Source of the DNA: Planctomycetota bacterium
GTDB lineage: Bacteria > Planctomycetota > UBA1135 > UBA2386
Direction: 5' to 3'
Assembly (NCBI GenBank): GCA_020425925.1
Contig: JAGQRB010000304.1
Location: forward strand, 5,243-69,242
DNA: 64,000 nt
Shown here: piece after piece, positions 61,976 through 64,000 of the stretch
How the letters are laid out: the number at the start of each line of letters is the position of its first letter
Position numbering within the stretch: position 1 is the first letter of the stretch
The notes under the pieces: model-generated
Seen by the model: the letters and a program-made list of their open reading frames with translations, nothing else
Databases searched by the model: none
What the model was told of the DNA's origin: nothing
Program-made: the position numbers and the translations under genes

Positions 61976-63408
61976 GACAGCAACGGCTCGAGGGTCTGCG
62001 GATCGAAACCGTCGACGTTGACCGCGACGTGGACGTCGAACGGCTTGAAGCTCAGGTCCTTCTTCTCCTTCTGCGGGGGCGCGGCGTACACCGCGATCTT
62101 GCGCTCGAGCTCGTGATCCCAGATCAGCTTGGTGGCGGCCTCGAGGCGCGCGCGAACCCAGTCCCGCGAGGCTTCGCCGAAGACGATGATGAAGAGCTGG
62201 GACTGCAGGAAGCGCTCCGTGAACTCCTGCATCGAGGGCTCGGCGGCCGAGAGCATCGGCCTGATACTGCGTCGATTCAGGTAGTCGACCATCGGTGCGG
62301 CGTTGCCGAGGTCCTTGGAGTAGAGGTCGACGAGCGCCGTGAGCGTGCCCTGCTCGACCACTTCCTGACGCCGGGCTTCCTCGATCTCGGCCTTCTTCGC
62401 GAGAATCTCGTCCAGCATCCGGTGCTTGTCGGTGCGCACTATCTCGAAACGCTTCGGCTCGCGCTCGCGTTCCTCGAGCTGGGTGAGGAAGTCCCGGTCG
62501 GCCGGATCCTCGATACGCCCGATCACGATCTCCTGCGGCTGGAGCACGAGTTGCGAGCGCGCATGCTCGAAGCCGATCCGGAGCTGCTCGAGCGGGAACG
62601 TCTTCAGCGGATCTCCGTCCACCTCGATCTGCGCGCCCGAGCCCTTGCCGAGCAGGTGGACCGTGAGGTCGGCGCGCTGCACCGCCGCCGCGACGCTGGT
62701 GGCGTGTTCGGCCGGCTCGAACGGCGGGGGAGCATGTGGCAGAACCCGGACGCCTTCGCGCTCGAGGTCGCGCTCGAGCGACCGCGCCAGGGCCTCCATG
62801 TCGTCGGCCGCGTGCGACAGGAAGACCTCGAACGCTGCTTCGGCTGGCGGCGCACCGGCGTTGCCGGCGAAGAGCTCGAGTGCCTCGCTGAGCTCCTCGG
62901 CGAGCGTTCCCATCGCCTTGTCGTAGTCCTCGCTGTCGGGCTTCAGGTAGTCGCCGATCCGATCTTCGCCGGGCGGCACGTTGTGGAACGCGTGTCCCGA
63001 GGTGCCGGGCAGGACCTTGCTCCATTCCTCGTGCGGGATGTTCTGCGTCAGCACGACGATGATCCGGCTGAAGGTTCCGACGCTCAGACCCTGCGGCTGC
63101 GCCTTGGCGCTGGCGAGGAAGAACTCGCGCTCCTTCGTGCAGTAGGGTGACGACTTGAGATAGGTGGCGCTGACCAGGACGACGAGAAAGCGCGAGCCCG
63201 CGAGGGCTTCTTCGATCGCGGGGCCGAAGTTCTGGCTGCGTCGGAGCTGCTTGGTGTCCTGCCAGACGTTGATGTCACGGCGTCCCGTGATGCGTCGCAG
63301 TCGCACGTCGAGCTGGCGCTCGAACTGCTCCACCCACCCGGATGCCTCGTTGTCGACGTGGGCGTAGCTGACGAACACGTCGATCTGCGGGTCGTGCGAA
63401 GGGCTCAT
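61972..63408 (-). CDS. TIR-domain protein with two further TIR-like/flavodoxin-like modules
   Basis: IDVFVSYAHVDNE...FLVVLVSATYLKSSPYCTKEREFF has the TIR_2-type beta-A strand and the S-x-[WY]-C-x-x-E motif. The second module is EVFLSHAADD...ADLTVHLLG and the third is LFIIVFGEASRDWV. I prefer the start at ATG 63408, because the 26 codons up to the alternative ATG at 63486 have poor GC3. Confidence 0.85.
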   Translation of the reverse strand: MSPSHDPQIDVFVSYAHVDNEASGWVEQFERQLDVRLRRITGRRDINVWQDTKQLRRSQNFGPAIEEALAGSRFLVVLVSATYLKSSPYCTKEREFFLASAKAQPQGLSVGTFSRIIVVLTQNIPHEEWSKVLPGTSGHAFHNVPPGEDRIGDYLKPDSEDYDKAMGTLAEELSEALELFAGNAGAPPAEAAFEVFLSHAADDMEALARSLERDLEREGVRVLPHAPPPFEPAEHATSVAAAVQRADLTVHLLGKGSGAQIEVDGDPLKTFPLEQLRIGFEHARSQLVLQPQEIVIGRIEDPADRDFLTQLEEREREPKRFEIVRTDKHRMLDEILAKKAEIEEARRQEVVEQGTLTALVDLYSKDLGNAAPMVDYLNRRSIRPMLSAAEPSMQEFTERFLQSQLFIIVFGEASRDWVRARLEAATKLIWDHELERKIAVYAAPPQKEKKDLSFKPFDVHVAVNVDGFDPQTLEPLLS

Positions 63409-63557
63409 CGGAAACGGTCGTTGGCGAGGCGGGTCCAGTGATTCCGGCGCCGGGCTCCCTCGGCGATGGATCATGGCTTCGGACATCGATGAATGCCATC
63501 GCCATTCGCCATTGGCGTTCGTCGGACCTCGTCCGCTCCATACACTCCCGCCCGCCG

Positions 63558-64000
63558 ATGGACTTCTTCTCGATCCACAATCTGCTCACCCTGCTGATGC
63601 TGATCCTGCTGCAGGCGGTGCTCGGCTTCGACAACCTGCTCTACATCTCGATGGAGAGCAAACGCGTCGTCGAGTCCGAACGGCAGCGCGTCCGGCGGCT
63701 CGGCATCGGCATCGCGATCGTGCTGCGCATCCTGCTGCTGTTCGTGCTGACACAGGCGATCGGCTACTTCCAGGAAGCGTTCGTGCACGTCGACACGTTC
63801 GCGATCCGGTTCGCGCTCAGCGGGCACGCGCTGATCGTGCTCGTGGGCGGCGGCTTCATCCTCTACACCGCCGTCAAAGAGATCTTCCACATGTTGGCGC
63901 CGGTGGATCTCGAGGAGCGCGAAGCGGCGGCGACGCAGCGCACGCCGGCGCAAGCCGTGACGGTGATCGTGCTGATGAACCTGGTGTTCTCGTTCGACTC
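63558..64000 (+). CDS. TerC-family integral membrane protein, 3'-truncated at the window edge
   Basis: My own translation gives MDFFSIHNLLTLLMLILLQAVLGFDNLLYISMES...VIVLMNLVFSFDS. The paired LGFDNL / FSFDS motifs in TM helices are characteristic of TerC/YjbE-type proteins. The ORF runs off the window, so it is absent from the ORF track. Confidence 0.85.
   Translation, partial: MDFFSIHNLLTLLMLILLQAVLGFDNLLYISMESKRVVESERQRVRRLGIGIAIVLRILLLFVLTQAIGYFQEAFVHVDTFAIRFALSGHALIVLVGGGFILYTAVKEIFHMLAPVDLEEREAAATQRTPAQAVTVIVLMNLVFSFD

Noticed and set aside
61976-63025. 350-codon upstream extension of the STAND ORF (ORF 59081..63025)
   Set aside because: The extension lies entirely within the TIR gene in another frame and translates to Arg/Ala/Gly junk. 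The conserved STAND N-terminus (NPFVGLRPFDD) starts right after the GTG at 61975, which overlaps the TIR stop.
63409-63557. Possible yybP-ykoY (Mn2+) riboswitch upstream of the TerC-family gene
   Set aside because: TerC genes often carry this riboswitch. However, I could not find its conserved cores, such as the GGGGAGUAG-type 5' element or the A-rich 3' element, in the 150-bp leader.

Overview
This is a very GC-rich bacterial chromosomal segment, with third codon positions almost all G/C. It is tightly packed, with about 42 protein genes, many 4-nt start/stop overlaps and several convergent gene pairs separated by 0-2 bp. I found no rRNA, tRNA, CRISPR array, transposase or prophage genes. 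All calls come from reading the supplied translations and the DNA by eye, with no searches run. Domain names are motif-level recognitions, and starts were chosen by signal peptide, RBS and codon-bias logic.

Gene content:
- Secreted proteins dominate: two S8 subtilases, NHL-like, Kelch-like, YVTN and BNR/sortilin beta-propellers, right-handed beta-helix proteins and CarboxypepD_reg-like proteins.
- A three-subunit molybdenum hydroxylase of the xanthine-dehydrogenase family.
- Two ECF-sigma / Ser-Thr-kinase pairs.
- A methyltransferase-PrsW-Rsm22-like operon and an SRPBCC-ArsR operon.
- A frameshifted AAA ATPase and a GNAT/PIG-L pair.
- A giant FG-GAP-like lipoprotein and a partial TerC-family gene at the 3' edge.

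Main findings:
1. A translationally coupled pair at 59.1-63.4 kb encodes a triple TIR-like protein and a STAND NTPase with a transmembrane helix and a WD40 domain. It is a candidate NLR-like conflict system. It sits beside an island with an FGE-sulfatase-like sensor protein and lipoproteins.
2. A roughly 105-135 aa C-terminal module is shared by at least 11 otherwise unrelated secreted proteins. It often carries two G-C motifs and ends ...Q.f..D(P)...N..G...SN....iG. I cannot assign it to any named sorting signal.
3. A (CT)19 microsatellite sits between an ATG-initiated signal peptide and an S8 protease ORF, and currently keeps them out of frame. This could be a phase switch or an assembly error.
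4. Gln at +1 after the predicted signal-peptidase site is almost universal here, a 'Q-rule'-like pattern.
5. The FAD subunit of the Mo-hydroxylase has a 4-Cys insertion with the spacing I recall for 4-hydroxybenzoyl-CoA reductase.
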